Shown here piece by piece: positions 1-8,919 of a DNA stretch of 64,000 nt. The position numbers and the translations under genes were made by a program. A model generated the notes under the pieces. That model was not told where the DNA came from. It was given only the letters and a program-made list of their open reading frames with translations, and did no database searches. Every line of letters begins with the position of its first letter. Positions within the stretch are counted from its first letter, which is position 1. This DNA is from Acidobacteriota bacterium (GTDB lineage Bacteria > Acidobacteriota > UBA890 > WLXD01): NCBI GenBank assembly GCA_963666215.2, contig CAXWPL010000005.1, forward strand, positions 1,280,001 to 1,344,000, given 5' to 3'.

Positions 1-12
1 CGGGAATACGTC

Positions 13-870
13 TTGGTCCGTCGCTGGCCCGGTGGCGTGACCTGCCCACGCTGCGGAAACCAGAAAGTCAAGTTCCAAGAGAAGTACAATCGCTGGCAGT
101 GTAGCACCCGGCATGACCGGCGGCAATTCACAGTCAAGACCGGGACCATCTTCGAGGACTCCCCGCTTGGCCTCGACAAGTGGTTGTGCGCCATGTGGCT
201 CGTCGTGAACTGCAAGAATGGCGTTTCATCCTACGAGATTCACCGGGCCATCGGAGTGACCCAAAAGACGGCATGGTTCATGGATCACAGGATTCGCCTA
301 GCGCTGACGATGGGGTCGGTTGAGAAGCTATCGGGCGAAGTCGAAGCGGATGAGACGTTCATCGGAGGCAAGGCACGCAACATGCACGCGGCCAAGCGAG
401 CGCGTAGGATCACCGGCACCGGCGGCAAGGACAAGACGGCTGTGCTGGGAGTCCTAGAGCGCGGAGGCAAGGTCCGCGCAACCGTCGTCCCAAGCCGCAA
501 GAAGGGCGCTCTCCAACCGGAAGTACGGAAGCACGTCGAGGCTGGCTCGGCGCTCTACACGGACGCGCTGAAGTCCTATGAGGGGCTCAACGAGTTCGAG
601 CATGGCGTGATCGACCATGCCGAGAAGTACGTCGATGGGAAGATCCACACGAACGGCATGGAGAACTTCTGGAGCCTGCTAAAGCGCTCCATCAATGGGA
701 CTTATGTGAGTGTAGAACCGTTCCACTTGTTTCGATATCTTGACGAGCAAGTGTACCGTTTCAACAGCCGAAAGCTAGGAGACGGCGAGCGGTTCAGCAT
801 CGCGGTAGCTGGCATCCTCGGAAAGCGCGTAACGTTCAAGCAACTGACCGGGAACGCCGTCGTGGACTGA
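13..870 (+). CDS. IS1595-family (ISXO2-like) DDE transposase, 5' end probably cut by window
   Basis: N-terminal Zn ribbon CPRCG...WQC, FTVKTGTIFEDS, VEADETFIGGK, LYTD, HTNGMENFWSLLKR motifs. Confidence 0.93.
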   Translation: MVRRWPGGVTCPRCGNQKVKFQEKYNRWQCSTRHDRRQFTVKTGTIFEDSPLGLDKWLCAMWLVVNCKNGVSSYEIHRAIGVTQKTAWFMDHRIRLALTMGSVEKLSGEVEADETFIGGKARNMHAAKRARRITGTGGKDKTAVLGVLERGGKVRATVVPSRKKGALQPEVRKHVEAGSALYTDALKSYEGLNEFEHGVIDHAEKYVDGKIHTNGMENFWSLLKRSINGTYVSVEPFHLFRYLDEQVYRFNSRKLGDGERFSIAVAGILGKRVTFKQLTGNAVVD

Positions 871-987
871 AAACGAGACCGGCCACGGGGCAGACCCCGC
901 AAGCGCTAGTCCGAAATGTGGTTTCGACTTATCCCGCCAAATTCGGTACGCTGGAAGCGTACTGGAACTACGGCGTATCAGAATTGT

Positions 988-1002
988 GTTCGCCTTTTGT
1001 TC
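988..1002 (+). promoter_or_regulatory. Putative LexA (SOS) box GTTC-N7-GTTC
   Basis: GTTC-GCCTTTT-GTTC ending 27 nt upstream of the ATG at 1030; matches the direct-repeat LexA box known for Alphaproteobacteria and Acidobacterium capsulatum. Confidence 0.6.
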
Positions 1003-1029
1003 GTCTGTAGGGAATGGAGGGTTGCCAAG

Positions 1030-1635
1030 ATGACTTCCGCCAAACAATACGAGCCGGACGACATCAAGCTTCGCGAACTTGTGCTGTACTTGGCTACACT
1101 GTCGGAGGGCGATGCCCCATTCGGCAAGGTCAAGCTGAACAAGCTTCTGTTCTATGCGGATTTCAATGCCTACTTGAAGTTTGGAAAGCCGATCACGGGG
1201 CACGAGTACCAAAAACTCAAGAATGGACCAGCCCCACGACAGCTGTTGCCCGTCATTCCGTCGCTGGCAAACCCGCCCGCCCCCGACCGAGATGTCTGCG
1301 TTCGCCAGGACACCTTCCACGGCTGGGATCAGTATCGTCCGCTAGCTCTTCGTCAACCTGACACAAGCGTTTTCAGCGTGCAGGAATCTGAACTCGTGAG
1401 AGAATTGGTCGATCACTTCAAGGGCAAGACAGCTAGAGAAATGAGCGACAGGTCGCATCTCTTCATTGGTTGGCAGTTGGCTGAGGAAGGTGAAACGATA
1501 CCTTATGAAACTGCACTGACTTCGTTCCGTAAACCTAATGATGGTGAGATCATGGTTGGACTACAGCTTCAGGAATTAGCTCAGTCCGTGTTGAGCGGAG
1601 GGGACATCAGTGCTGACAGCGGTCCACTGCCATAG
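1030..1635 (+). CDS. Panacea-domain (DUF4065/SocA-like) antitoxin
   Basis: KLNKLLFYADF...GKPITG...Y...NGP motifs and C-terminal SH..W...GETIPY; GGAGG RBS before ATG 1030. Confidence 0.85.
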   Translation: MTSAKQYEPDDIKLRELVLYLATLSEGDAPFGKVKLNKLLFYADFNAYLKFGKPITGHEYQKLKNGPAPRQLLPVIPSLANPPAPDRDVCVRQDTFHGWDQYRPLALRQPDTSVFSVQESELVRELVDHFKGKTAREMSDRSHLFIGWQLAEEGETIPYETALTSFRKPNDGEIMVGLQLQELAQSVLSGGDISADSGPLP

Positions 1636-1864
1636 GTTTGACCGTGAGCTACGTGAGATTGAACCAGATGCCATTCGCGCCGATGACTTTGTCTTCGATG
1701 CTGTGTGGACACTCTGCCGGAACCCACTGACCGGTACTCAGCTTGGGCAGTCAGATGTATGGTTTTTCCCGATGCATGACTTGTCTGACAGCCCGCCATT
1801 GATCATCTACTATACGTTTAATAAAACGAACGTCCACTTAATGTCAATCCAAATATCCGAGTAG
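1610..1864 (+). CDS. Putative RelE/ParE-like toxin partner of the Panacea protein
   Basis: 84 aa, overlaps the antitoxin 3' end; F.REL helix, L.RNP..G, and C-terminal IIYYTF...VHLMSI strands resemble the RelE/ParE fold. Confidence 0.55.
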   Translation: MLTAVHCHRFDRELREIEPDAIRADDFVFDAVWTLCRNPLTGTQLGQSDVWFFPMHDLSDSPPLIIYYTFNKTNVHLMSIQISE

Positions 1865-1870
1865 ATCATC

Positions 1871-2038
1871 TTGTCAAACCACAAACAGTCCGTAGCTCTT
1901 CAGCCCAGCGACACGCCTTGGCAGAGGCTAGACCGTGCGTTCCGAACTGCCCTGACTGTGCCTAAATCTGCGCTAGTGAAGGAAGAGGTCCGGCTGAAGC
2001 GGCAGCGGCAGAAGAAACGGGCCAAGAAACCTACCTGA
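1871..2038 (+). CDS. Small basic protein (55 aa) near the IS1595 right end
   Basis: TTG...TGA ORF LSNHKQSVALQPSDTPWQRLDRAFRTALTVPKSALVKEEVRLKRQRQKKRAKKPT; below the ORF-track length cutoff. Confidence 0.5.
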   Translation: MSNHKQSVALQPSDTPWQRLDRAFRTALTVPKSALVKEEVRLKRQRQKKRAKKPT

Positions 2039-2109
2039 CTCCCCTGCCCCCCATCAGGGGTGTGCCCGACGTTGCCTTCCTAGTTTGAGTTGTCAAGTAT
2101 ATTATTGCC

Positions 2110-2131
2110 CTTTTTTGGCTATGATTGCCAT
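2110..2131 (-). pseudogene. 5' stub (MAIIAKK) of a gene interrupted by the IS1595
   Basis: AAGGAG RBS then ATG GCA ATC ATA GCC AAA AAA G running directly into the IS1595 terminus. Confidence 0.5.
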
Positions 2132-2447
2132 CTCGAAGGATCTCCTTCGTTAGTGCCTCGCCCTCCAGAAGCTTTTCGAGGAGCCTGATGTGGGGCGGGG
2201 CCGTTTTCGTTTGTCCGCCGCCGGTTGCGGCGGGCCTTCGTTCAACCAGCTTGGCGTTGCGCTGGTGGGGGCCGAGCCCTGAGCTGCTCCGAGCAGAGGA
2301 AGTCCACCGTCGGTGCTGCTAGAAACTGCATTGGTGTCGATGAGCCCACGGGGATGGACCGCTCTCTCTGCCTACCTATGCCGCGTGTAGTGGTGCCGGA
2401 GAGCCATGTCCGGTTGCCTCGACTAGCACCGACTGCCAAGAGCTGGC

Positions 2448-2915
2448 TCATGGGTGCTTCTTCGGAGCCAGTACGTCGTCCACCATGCGAGCGAACGTCG
2501 CTCTCTCGGCGGTTTCCTGGTCGTGGCCTGCCGCCAGCGCGTATTCGAGCCAATAGTCGAAATACTCCCTGCACTCGGTCGACAGGGTTGGCAAGTTCTC
2601 TCTGACGTAGTCGATGGGGTATCGAAGGCGGTGTGCGCTGAGCTTTACCTCTCGGCGCGGAGCTAGGTAGCCGCAGGAGCAAGCAAGCACTCGAACCCCT
2701 GAAGCGATGAGGTGGCGGCAACGTTGGCAGAGACCCTCGGATGGGAGGAGGTCGCGGCCAGACAGGCGGCTCGGATCCCTATCCGACGTACTGCCAAAAC
2801 TGACAAAACCCCGCTTTTGATCCTTATTCGGGGTTTTGTCAGTTTTGGCAGTAGGTAGGTTGGGCGTTTCCGGATTCCAGTCGAGCCATCGTGAATGGAA
2901 TTCAGTAGCGCTCAT
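2448..2915 (-). CDS. Hypothetical protein with CxxC...CxC motif, coupled to the helicase
   Basis: ATGA overlap with the DUF3987 stop; CQRC...CSCG; overlaps the 25-bp inverted repeat. Confidence 0.5.
   Translation of the reverse strand: MSATEFHSRWLDWNPETPNLPTAKTDKTPNKDQKRGFVSFGSTSDRDPSRLSGRDLLPSEGLCQRCRHLIASGVRVLACSCGYLAPRREVKLSAHRLRYPIDYVRENLPTLSTECREYFDYWLEYALAAGHDQETAERATFARMVDDVLAPKKHP
2789..2853. repeat. Perfect 25-bp inverted repeat, candidate replication origin
   Basis: TACTGCCAAAACTGACAAAACCCCG (2789..2813) and its exact reverse complement (2829..2853), 15-nt spacer; 2786..2805 recurs identically at 4417..4436. Confidence 0.85.
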
Positions 2916-4495
2916 GACGCCCTCTCGTCGCCGAAGACAGCCGGGTTTATCCGCAGCACCGGACTAGGTCTGCCGCCCCTGCCTCTTGGTTCGACTACAT
3001 CAATAAGGACCCACCCGTGGGCCGCGAGGACCTCGATAGCTAGCTCGACTTGATCGGCCTCTCGCAGTCGGGCCCAGCCATGGCGGTAGATCTCTCGAAC
3101 GGGAGTACCAGTGGGGATAACTCCGGAGCGGATCTTCTTCGCCAGGGCATGCGCACGTCCGAGTTCACCGGCCAGCTCCGGGCTGTAGACCTTGCGAGCA
3201 TGTGATTCGAGGAAGTCGCACCACCCTGCCGCCTGGCGGGCAGCATCCAGGGTAATGAGTGTTGCCTCGGTGTCCTCGCAGAACTGCATGATTGCTGCGA
3301 TCGACGGCATCAGCGAGCGATACTTTGCCAGGTGGGCCTGGAAGGCGGGTGTCGCATCCATCGCCTCCGCACGGAGTCGGCCTTCGAGATCCCCGAGCCA
3401 GTCATTGAAGAGGGCCTGCGCGTCGTCGCTGAATCGGAGGACCGTACCCTCCGGCACTCGATCTAAGCGTGCAAAGAGATCTTGAACCTCTCTGTATGCA
3501 GCTCTGTCGGGCGGTCTATCGACCAGAGTCCAATCTCTGGAGACCTCGGGCCAGACGATCAGTTGAAACCGTTGTAGCAACCCGTCTGCAGCGAAGCCTC
3601 CGTCGACCGCCTCTGATACAAGCTTCCTCAGCTTGCCGGGTTGGATGCCACCGATGATGGAGATGCACAAGCGATCGAGATGCACGGTGCCTCGTCCAAT
3701 CCGATCCCATGTGTAGGAGCCGCCGCCGTTCCAAGATTCGAGGTAAAACTCCCTGTCGCCACGGCGATCGTCGCGTTCGAGGCCACGGACAAACCCGGCT
3801 AACTCGTCCCTATTGAGAAGGAGTCCCCGCTGATTCCTGAGAAGCAGCTCCCCGAGTTTCTCGATCGTCGCATCTGCTACGAGCAATCGCGGGTCCGCCG
3901 CCGCTATTTTGGCCTGCTCCTGCCTCAGAATCGTATCTGCCAGCCGGTGCTCCAGCGGCTTGATTTTTGTCTGATCGGGCGTCTTGTGCGCCTGTCTCAG
4001 CTCCCGTTCCAAGCAGGACAGTTCCTGGCTGATTGAAACCAACTCCGCCTTCAGTCTCGGAGCCTGTCTGTCGTGCGCCTCTCTAGCTTCCACTTCGAGC
4101 TTGCGGATGAATTGCGTCGCCTCGTTGATGGCGGCCGTCTTTTTCGCGCTGGGCGGCGCAACTACACCGCCCCATAGGTTCGGCGTCACCATCCAGGCGT
4201 CATCGTGCGCTTTTGGCTGAATAGAAACGCGGGTCCCCAAGATCGCCGCGACGGCAACAAGGAAGGGCGCAGCAAGGTGCTCCGGTGACAGCTGCATCCT
4301 CTCGGCAGCATCTAGGATGAATGGCCTCACTCTCGCTGGCAGCAGCGCTGAGGGCAGCGTCGCCGCCTTGGTGGCCAAGATCGGCAGCTCCTTGAATTCC
4401 CGAAAACGCCCAGGTAACGTACTGCCAAAACTGACAGAAGGTGGTTGGTAGGGCTCAGCGCTCGCTATTGCGTGGCGAACATCAGCTTCGGACAT
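2912..4495 (-). CDS. DUF3987/YfjI-family replicative helicase-like ATPase
   Basis: PNLWGGVVAPPSAKKT (Walker A-like), DATIEKL, RDELAG, GGIQPG, DGLLQRF; C-terminal GGRPS. Confidence 0.88.
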   Translation of the reverse strand: MSEADVRHAIASAEPYQPPSVSFGSTLPGRFREFKELPILATKAATLPSALLPARVRPFILDAAERMQLSPEHLAAPFLVAVAAILGTRVSIQPKAHDDAWMVTPNLWGGVVAPPSAKKTAAINEATQFIRKLEVEAREAHDRQAPRLKAELVSISQELSCLERELRQAHKTPDQTKIKPLEHRLADTILRQEQAKIAAADPRLLVADATIEKLGELLLRNQRGLLLNRDELAGFVRGLERDDRRGDREFYLESWNGGGSYTWDRIGRGTVHLDRLCISIIGGIQPGKLRKLVSEAVDGGFAADGLLQRFQLIVWPEVSRDWTLVDRPPDRAAYREVQDLFARLDRVPEGTVLRFSDDAQALFNDWLGDLEGRLRAEAMDATPAFQAHLAKYRSLMPSIAAIMQFCEDTEATLITLDAARQAAGWCDFLESHARKVYSPELAGELGRAHALAKKIRSGVIPTGTPVREIYRHGWARLREADQVELAIEVLAAHGWVLIDVVEPRGRGGRPSPVLRINPAVFGDERAS

Positions 4496-5459
4496 GTCTC
4501 TGTTCCTTTGCCGGCGAGGAGTAGGTCAAGAAAGTCGGTGCCGGCCTCGGCGGGGCAGGCGATCCGTACCGACCGCCCTTCTCCTTGGAACCGCGCCGCA
4601 GCTTCCTTGGCGGCACTGAGCCCGGTTTCGTTTTCGTCGTTGTCCGCAGCAATCAACACTTCGGTAGCCAGGGGAAGCGGCGGCAATTTGAGATTCTCGA
4701 TACCACCAGCCGACAATGCCGCCCACGTTGGTATCCCAGTGGCCTGCTGCACTGCGAGACCTGTCGTCTGAAACCCTCGGCGATAGCGAGCTGGGGACCA
4801 GCCCCAGCCAGCCGCACAGCGCCACCGCTCACCGGTCCTAGCATCTTCTTCTGGGGCTTCTCGGGCGCTTTGCCGGAGCCATCGCGGGCGAGGAAGGGGC
4901 GATGCACGGCAACCACCTTGCGGCTCCCGGCGACGGCGACAGCCGCCAGGAGACACGGCCAGCGCTCCTTGCTCTCCGTGTGGTACAGGAACGGCAAGAA
5001 CGCCAAGGTCGGCGGATACGGTGGCACCAGACCACGGGCTCGGAGGTAGCTCTCTGCGAGGGAGCCCTGTAGCAATAGGCGACGGCCCCAGATCTCGCGG
5101 GCGAAGGCAGAGTTTCGCTCGGCCTTCTCAGCATGCTCAGCGTGATCAGGCATGCGGATCGACACCGGGGTCGAGCCGGTGCCACACAGCTCTTCTACCG
5201 TGTCGCGGAAACCCAGACCACCCAAGAGCTGCGCGAGCTTGATCACATCTCCGCCCTCGCCGCAGCCAAAACAGTAATAGAGCCCCCTGTCGGGCGAAAC
5301 CTTGAAGGATGGCGTCTTTTCCTTGTGGAAGGGGCAGAGTGCCCACCAGTCGCTGCCGCGCTGCTTGAGGGAGATGCCAGACGACTCGCAAACACCTACG
5401 ATCGATGCGCAGTGTGCTGCCTCGATATCGAGGTCAGTAGGCAGACTACTTCCCTCCAA
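4465..5459 (-). pseudogene. DNA primase (CHC2 Zn finger + Toprim), frameshifted near 4770
   Basis: CPFHKEKTPSF...YYCFGCG in ORF 4653..5459 up to AIAEG; Toprim continuation TGLAVQQATG...IAADND...DFLD in ORF 4465..4956. Confidence 0.85.
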
Positions 5460-5469
5460 TCTTGCTCAG

Positions 5470-5721
5470 TTAGTGCTGGCCACCATCATGGTGGCCAGGA
5501 CGAGCCTCGCCCGTTAACCCCAGGCCTCCCGGCTGCTGGGCGAGGAGACACTCGAAAAAGCGCTCCTCATCAATGTAAAGGCGTTTGCGATCCCTGATAA
5601 AGGCTCTCTCGAAGCCGTTCGTTGCCCGATGGAAGGCCTTATGGCGCAGGCGTCCGAGTGAGAATGCTCGGTGCCGCTCGGCGAACTGCGGGAGCGTTAG
5701 AAGGTTTGGAATCCTGACCAT
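5470..5721 (-). CDS. Excisionase/AlpA-like DNA-binding protein
   Basis: 83 aa winged-HTH-like LLTLPQFAE...LR...NG...LYIDEERF; first gene of the replication module. Confidence 0.7.
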   Translation of the reverse strand: MVRIPNLLTLPQFAERHRAFSLGRLRHKAFHRATNGFERAFIRDRKRLYIDEERFFECLLAQQPGGLGLTGEARPGHHDGGQH

Positions 5722-5811
5722 GAAGAAAACTCGGCGAGTCGGCCTCTACTCGGTGTCCGTGGAGGATCATTGTAGTTGGATGAGCTTCTCTAGTCAACTC
5801 TAAATGACTAG

Positions 5812-5879
5812 AAACAAAGGACTTATATATAACTATAAACAAAGAACTTATGTATAACTATAAACACAGGACTTATGTG
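5812..5879. repeat. AT-rich 25-bp tandem repeat (about 2.7 copies)
   Basis: AAACAAAGGACTTATATATAACTAT / AAACAAAGAACTTATGTATAACTAT / AAACACAGGACTTATGTG. Confidence 0.85.
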
Positions 5880-6000
5880 CTGCATCGCGTAGGACAATGT
5901 GTAGCACAAGGCGTGTACATACGAGCGGAACCCTCTCTGCCAAGATGCTTGAGACATCTCGCCACCCCTTAAATAGAGTAGGGCGGAGAGGTGAAACCTG

Positions 6001-6555
6001 ATGTCTGAAGAGAGGAAGATGCAAGAGATGAGATCAGCAGGCACGTCCATTGCGGTCCGGGGCGAGGAGGAGGTTTCCCAGCTTCCCCCGTGCGCCCAGA
6101 TGGGGTCCGCGGAGGCGCCGACGGGCGAGCGTAGCGAGCACGGAGACGCAGCAGCGTGCGCCATCTGGGCGCGGCCGAGCCCTGTGTTGGATCCTGAGGT
6201 GGTCGCCAAGCCAACGCGGCGAACCTTCACGGCCGAGTACAAGCTGCGAATCCTCGAGGAAGTCGAAGTGGCCACGCCTGGCGACATCGGCGCGATCCTG
6301 CGTCGCGAGGGATTGTACAGCTCCCACCTGACGGCCTGGCGCAGGGCACGCAGGACCGGCGCTCTGCGAAGGCTGGGCCGAAGGCGAGGGCGCAAGGCGA
6401 AGTCCGGCAATCCGCTGGCCAAGAAGGTCGAGCAACTGGAAAAGGAGCTATCCCGTACTCGCGAGGCGCTGCGCAAGGCAGAGCTGATCCTCGAAGTGCA
6501 GGGAAAAGTTGCCGGGCTGCTGGGCTTCAACCTCGAGGACGGGAGGAACTCCTGA
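6001..6555 (+). CDS. IS3-family transposase OrfA (HTH)
   Basis: RRTFTAEYKLRILEE...GAILRREGLYSSHLTAWRR followed by a coiled coil; start uncertain. Confidence 0.85.
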   Translation: MSEERKMQEMRSAGTSIAVRGEEEVSQLPPCAQMGSAEAPTGERSEHGDAAACAIWARPSPVLDPEVVAKPTRRTFTAEYKLRILEEVEVATPGDIGAILRREGLYSSHLTAWRRARRTGALRRLGRRRGRKAKSGNPLAKKVEQLEKELSRTREALRKAELILEVQGKVAGLLGFNLEDGRNS

Positions 6556-7559
6556 TCGCCGCCGCCGAATTGGCGCTGCAGGTCGGCGTCAAGCCGTCCT
6601 GTGTCGCTCTCGGCGTGGCACGGGCGACCCTGTACCGTCGTCGGAAGCCAACTACCGGGCCGCAGCCCCGGCCAACACCCGCCCGGGCTCTGAGCGAGGA
6701 CGAGTGCCAAGCCGTCCTGGACGTCCTGGACTCGCCTCGTTTCGTCGATCGTGCCCCCGCCGAGGTCGTCGCCACGCTCCTGGACGAGCAACGCTACCTC
6801 TGCTCGGAGAGGAGCATGTACCGCATCCTCGCTGCGCGAGCTCCGGTGCGCGAGCGGCGCAACCAGCTTCGCCACCCCGATTACACCAAGCCGGAGCTGG
6901 TGGCGGTCGCCCCCAACCAAGTCTGGTCCTGGGATATCACCCGATTGCGGGGTCCTGAGAAGTGGAGCTACTACTACCTCTACGTCCTGCTCGACATCTT
7001 CAGCCGCTACGTCGTCGGCTGGATGCTCGCGCCCCGCGAGAACGCCAATCTCGCCGGTCGCCTCATCGAGGAGACCTGCTGCAAGCACGACGTCAAACCT
7101 GAGGTGCTCACCCTGCACAGCGATCGGGGCTCCCCGATGACCGCCAAGTGCACGGCTCAGCTGCTCGCCGATCTGGGACTCACTCAGTCGCTCAGCCGGC
7201 CCCAGGTCTGTGACGACAACCCCTTTTCCGAGGCCCAGTTCAAGACCCTCAAGTACCACCCGAGCTTCCCCTCCCGATTCGCCAGCCAGGAGGCCGCCCA
7301 GGCTTTCTGCAGGACCTTCTTCCCTTGGTACAACACCGAGCACCGCCACGGTGGGATCGCCCACCTGACGCCGCACGGCGTCCACCACGGTCGAGCGGAG
7401 CAGGCCCTTGCCGCACGGCAAGTCACGCTCGATGCCGCCTTCCAAACTCACCCAGAACGCTTCCTCCGAGGGCGACCCATCGTCTCGCCTTTACCTGGAA
7501 CCGTATACATCAACCGGCCTGAGGATCCGCCGGTCTCGACCGAAGAGGACCTTCACTAA
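6552..7559 (+). CDS. IS3-family transposase OrfB (rve DDE)
   Basis: PNQVWSWDIT, LDIFSRYVVGW, LHSDRGSPM, DNPFSEAQFKTLKY; -1 frame relative to orfA with CTGA overlap. Confidence 0.92.
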   Translation: MIAAAELALQVGVKPSCVALGVARATLYRRRKPTTGPQPRPTPARALSEDECQAVLDVLDSPRFVDRAPAEVVATLLDEQRYLCSERSMYRILAARAPVRERRNQLRHPDYTKPELVAVAPNQVWSWDITRLRGPEKWSYYYLYVLLDIFSRYVVGWMLAPRENANLAGRLIEETCCKHDVKPEVLTLHSDRGSPMTAKCTAQLLADLGLTQSLSRPQVCDDNPFSEAQFKTLKYHPSFPSRFASQEAAQAFCRTFFPWYNTEHRHGGIAHLTPHGVHHGRAEQALAARQVTLDAAFQTHPERFLRGRPIVSPLPGTVYINRPEDPPVSTEEDLH

Positions 7560-7610
7560 TTTATGACTCGAGGTGTCTCAAAGTTCTTGACAGGTTCCGG
7601 AATGAAGGGC

Positions 7611-8666
7611 TTAGCTGAAGATGGCCTGGTTCATTCTGGCGACAACTTGGGAGGAGTGGGCCTCCGTCAGATGGCTGTAGCGTTTCACCATGGCCAACGT
7701 CTTGTGTCCGAGAATGTCGGCAATCTCGGCAACGGTGGCTCCATTCATCGCTAGATAGCTGGCCGCAGAATGCCTCAGATCGTGAAAACGGAAATTATCG
7801 ATTTCCGCGTCCAGGAGCGCGCTCTGAAAGGCTCTTCGGGGGTAGCGAGCTGTGCCCGATAAGTCGGCGAAGACGAGATCCGAATCAATCCGCCGAACCT
7901 TCGCCACTTCTTCGACTACCCGGCGAGCAGGACCGTGGAGTGACAGCGCTCGGCTCTCATCATTCTTTGTGTCATGAACGATCGCCATGCCCCGCTTCAA
8001 ATCGACATCCCGCCAGCGAAGGCTTAGCAATTCACCTTGCCGGGCCCCGGTCGAGAGAGCGAGCAACACGAGTGGGTAAAGCCGAGCCTCGGAGCTTTGA
8101 CAGCATGCATCTAAGAGGCGTCTTCTTTCTTGGTCGGAGAGGAACCGAACCCTGCCCCTGGGCTCCTTCGTGGCAAAACTACGCAGGGGGTTTTCTTCGA
8201 TCCACTCCCAATCTCTCAATGCAATTGAAAAAGCGTGGCGCAGCGCGGCCAGGTACCGATTCTGCGTCGCTGGTGACGCCGGTCGCTTGCTAGGTGTCTC
8301 TCCGCGAGCGAGCGCCTGGAGCTGAGCGGAGATCAACCCGCGCCTCACAGTCAGAAGGCGGTGATCACCGATGCGCTCGACCCACCACTCTAGATAAGCC
8401 TTGCGACGCCGACGGGACGGTTGGGCGTAGTTGGGCAATACCACGACCTCGTACTCCCGCACGAGATCCCTGACGGTTCGAGCCTCTTCATCTTTCGTAG
8501 CGATGCGTTTGCCGTCATCGGCCTTTACGTCCATATGGCGGCCCCACTTAACGGCCTGGGCGCGTGTCCTGAAGGTACGAGCCTTCAGCGGTTTGTCCTT
8601 CCTCCGAATGACCGTCTTGTAGCGGTTGCGGCCATCGGCAAGGGTCTTCTTCACTATGGTGGCCAT
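7611..8666 (-). CDS. Tyrosine recombinase/integrase
   Basis: TGAR, TKN, FHDLRH, LGHK...RYSHL catalytic motifs; GAGGAG RBS; lies just downstream of tRNA-Leu. Confidence 0.95.
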   Translation of the reverse strand: MATIVKKTLADGRNRYKTVIRRKDKPLKARTFRTRAQAVKWGRHMDVKADDGKRIATKDEEARTVRDLVREYEVVVLPNYAQPSRRRRKAYLEWWVERIGDHRLLTVRRGLISAQLQALARGETPSKRPASPATQNRYLAALRHAFSIALRDWEWIEENPLRSFATKEPRGRVRFLSDQERRRLLDACCQSSEARLYPLVLLALSTGARQGELLSLRWRDVDLKRGMAIVHDTKNDESRALSLHGPARRVVEEVAKVRRIDSDLVFADLSGTARYPRRAFQSALLDAEIDNFRFHDLRHSAASYLAMNGATVAEIADILGHKTLAMVKRYSHLTEAHSSQVVARMNQAIFS

Positions 8667-8781
8667 CGCTCGCTCCTCGTTGCCTGGGTCCAAGGAGCAT
8701 TGTACCCGTTTTTGTAACCTGGCAGCGAATGAGGCCACTCAAACGAGGCCGAAGATAGTCATAAGTTACTGAAAATAAAGA

Positions 8782-8866
8782 TGGTGCCGGAGCCGGGACT
8801 TGAACCCGGAAGCCTTTCGGCGGGAGATTTTAAGTCTCCTGCGTATACCAATTCCGCCACTCCGGC
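8782..8866 (-). tRNA. tRNA-Leu(TAA)
   Basis: GCCGGAGTGGCGGAATTGGTATACGCAGGAGACTTAAAATCTCC...GGTTCAAGTCCCGGCTCCGGCACCA; long variable arm, encoded CCA. Confidence 0.96.
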
Positions 8867-8919
8867 CTGACGACGGTCGATGTTAGCAGCGCTCGAAGCG
8901 CCACAAACAGCCCACCCGG

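Larger units (their letters stand above)
1..2109 (+). mobile_element. IS1595-family element with passenger genes (left end outside window)
   Basis: IS1595-type transposase at 13..870. Right end GAGTTGTCAAGTATATTATTGCC (2087..2109) reads GGCAATAATATACTTGACAACTC on the - strand, a typical IS1595 terminus, followed by AT-rich target sequence. Confidence 0.85.
5926..7599 (+). mobile_element. IS3-family insertion sequence
   Basis: Imperfect IRs CGGAACC(ctctc)TGCCAAGATGCTTGAGACA and TGTCTCAAAGTTCTTGACAGGTTCCG flanking orfA/orfB. Confidence 0.85.
2110..8781 (-). mobile_element. Integrative satellite-like element at tRNA-Leu(TAA); distal end outside window
   Basis: Order tRNA 3' end, integrase, xis-like gene, primase, DUF3987 helicase, inverted repeat, small ORFs, all on the - strand. 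Confidence 0.8.

Noticed and set aside
5812-5879. CRISPR mini-array
   Set aside because: Repeats are directly tandem with no spacers, and no cas genes are in the window
5823-7451. 542-aa minus-strand ORF
   Set aside because: Antisense shadow of the IS3 orfA/orfB. Likewise 40517..41593 and 42460..43638 are shadows of transposases in GC-rich DNA.
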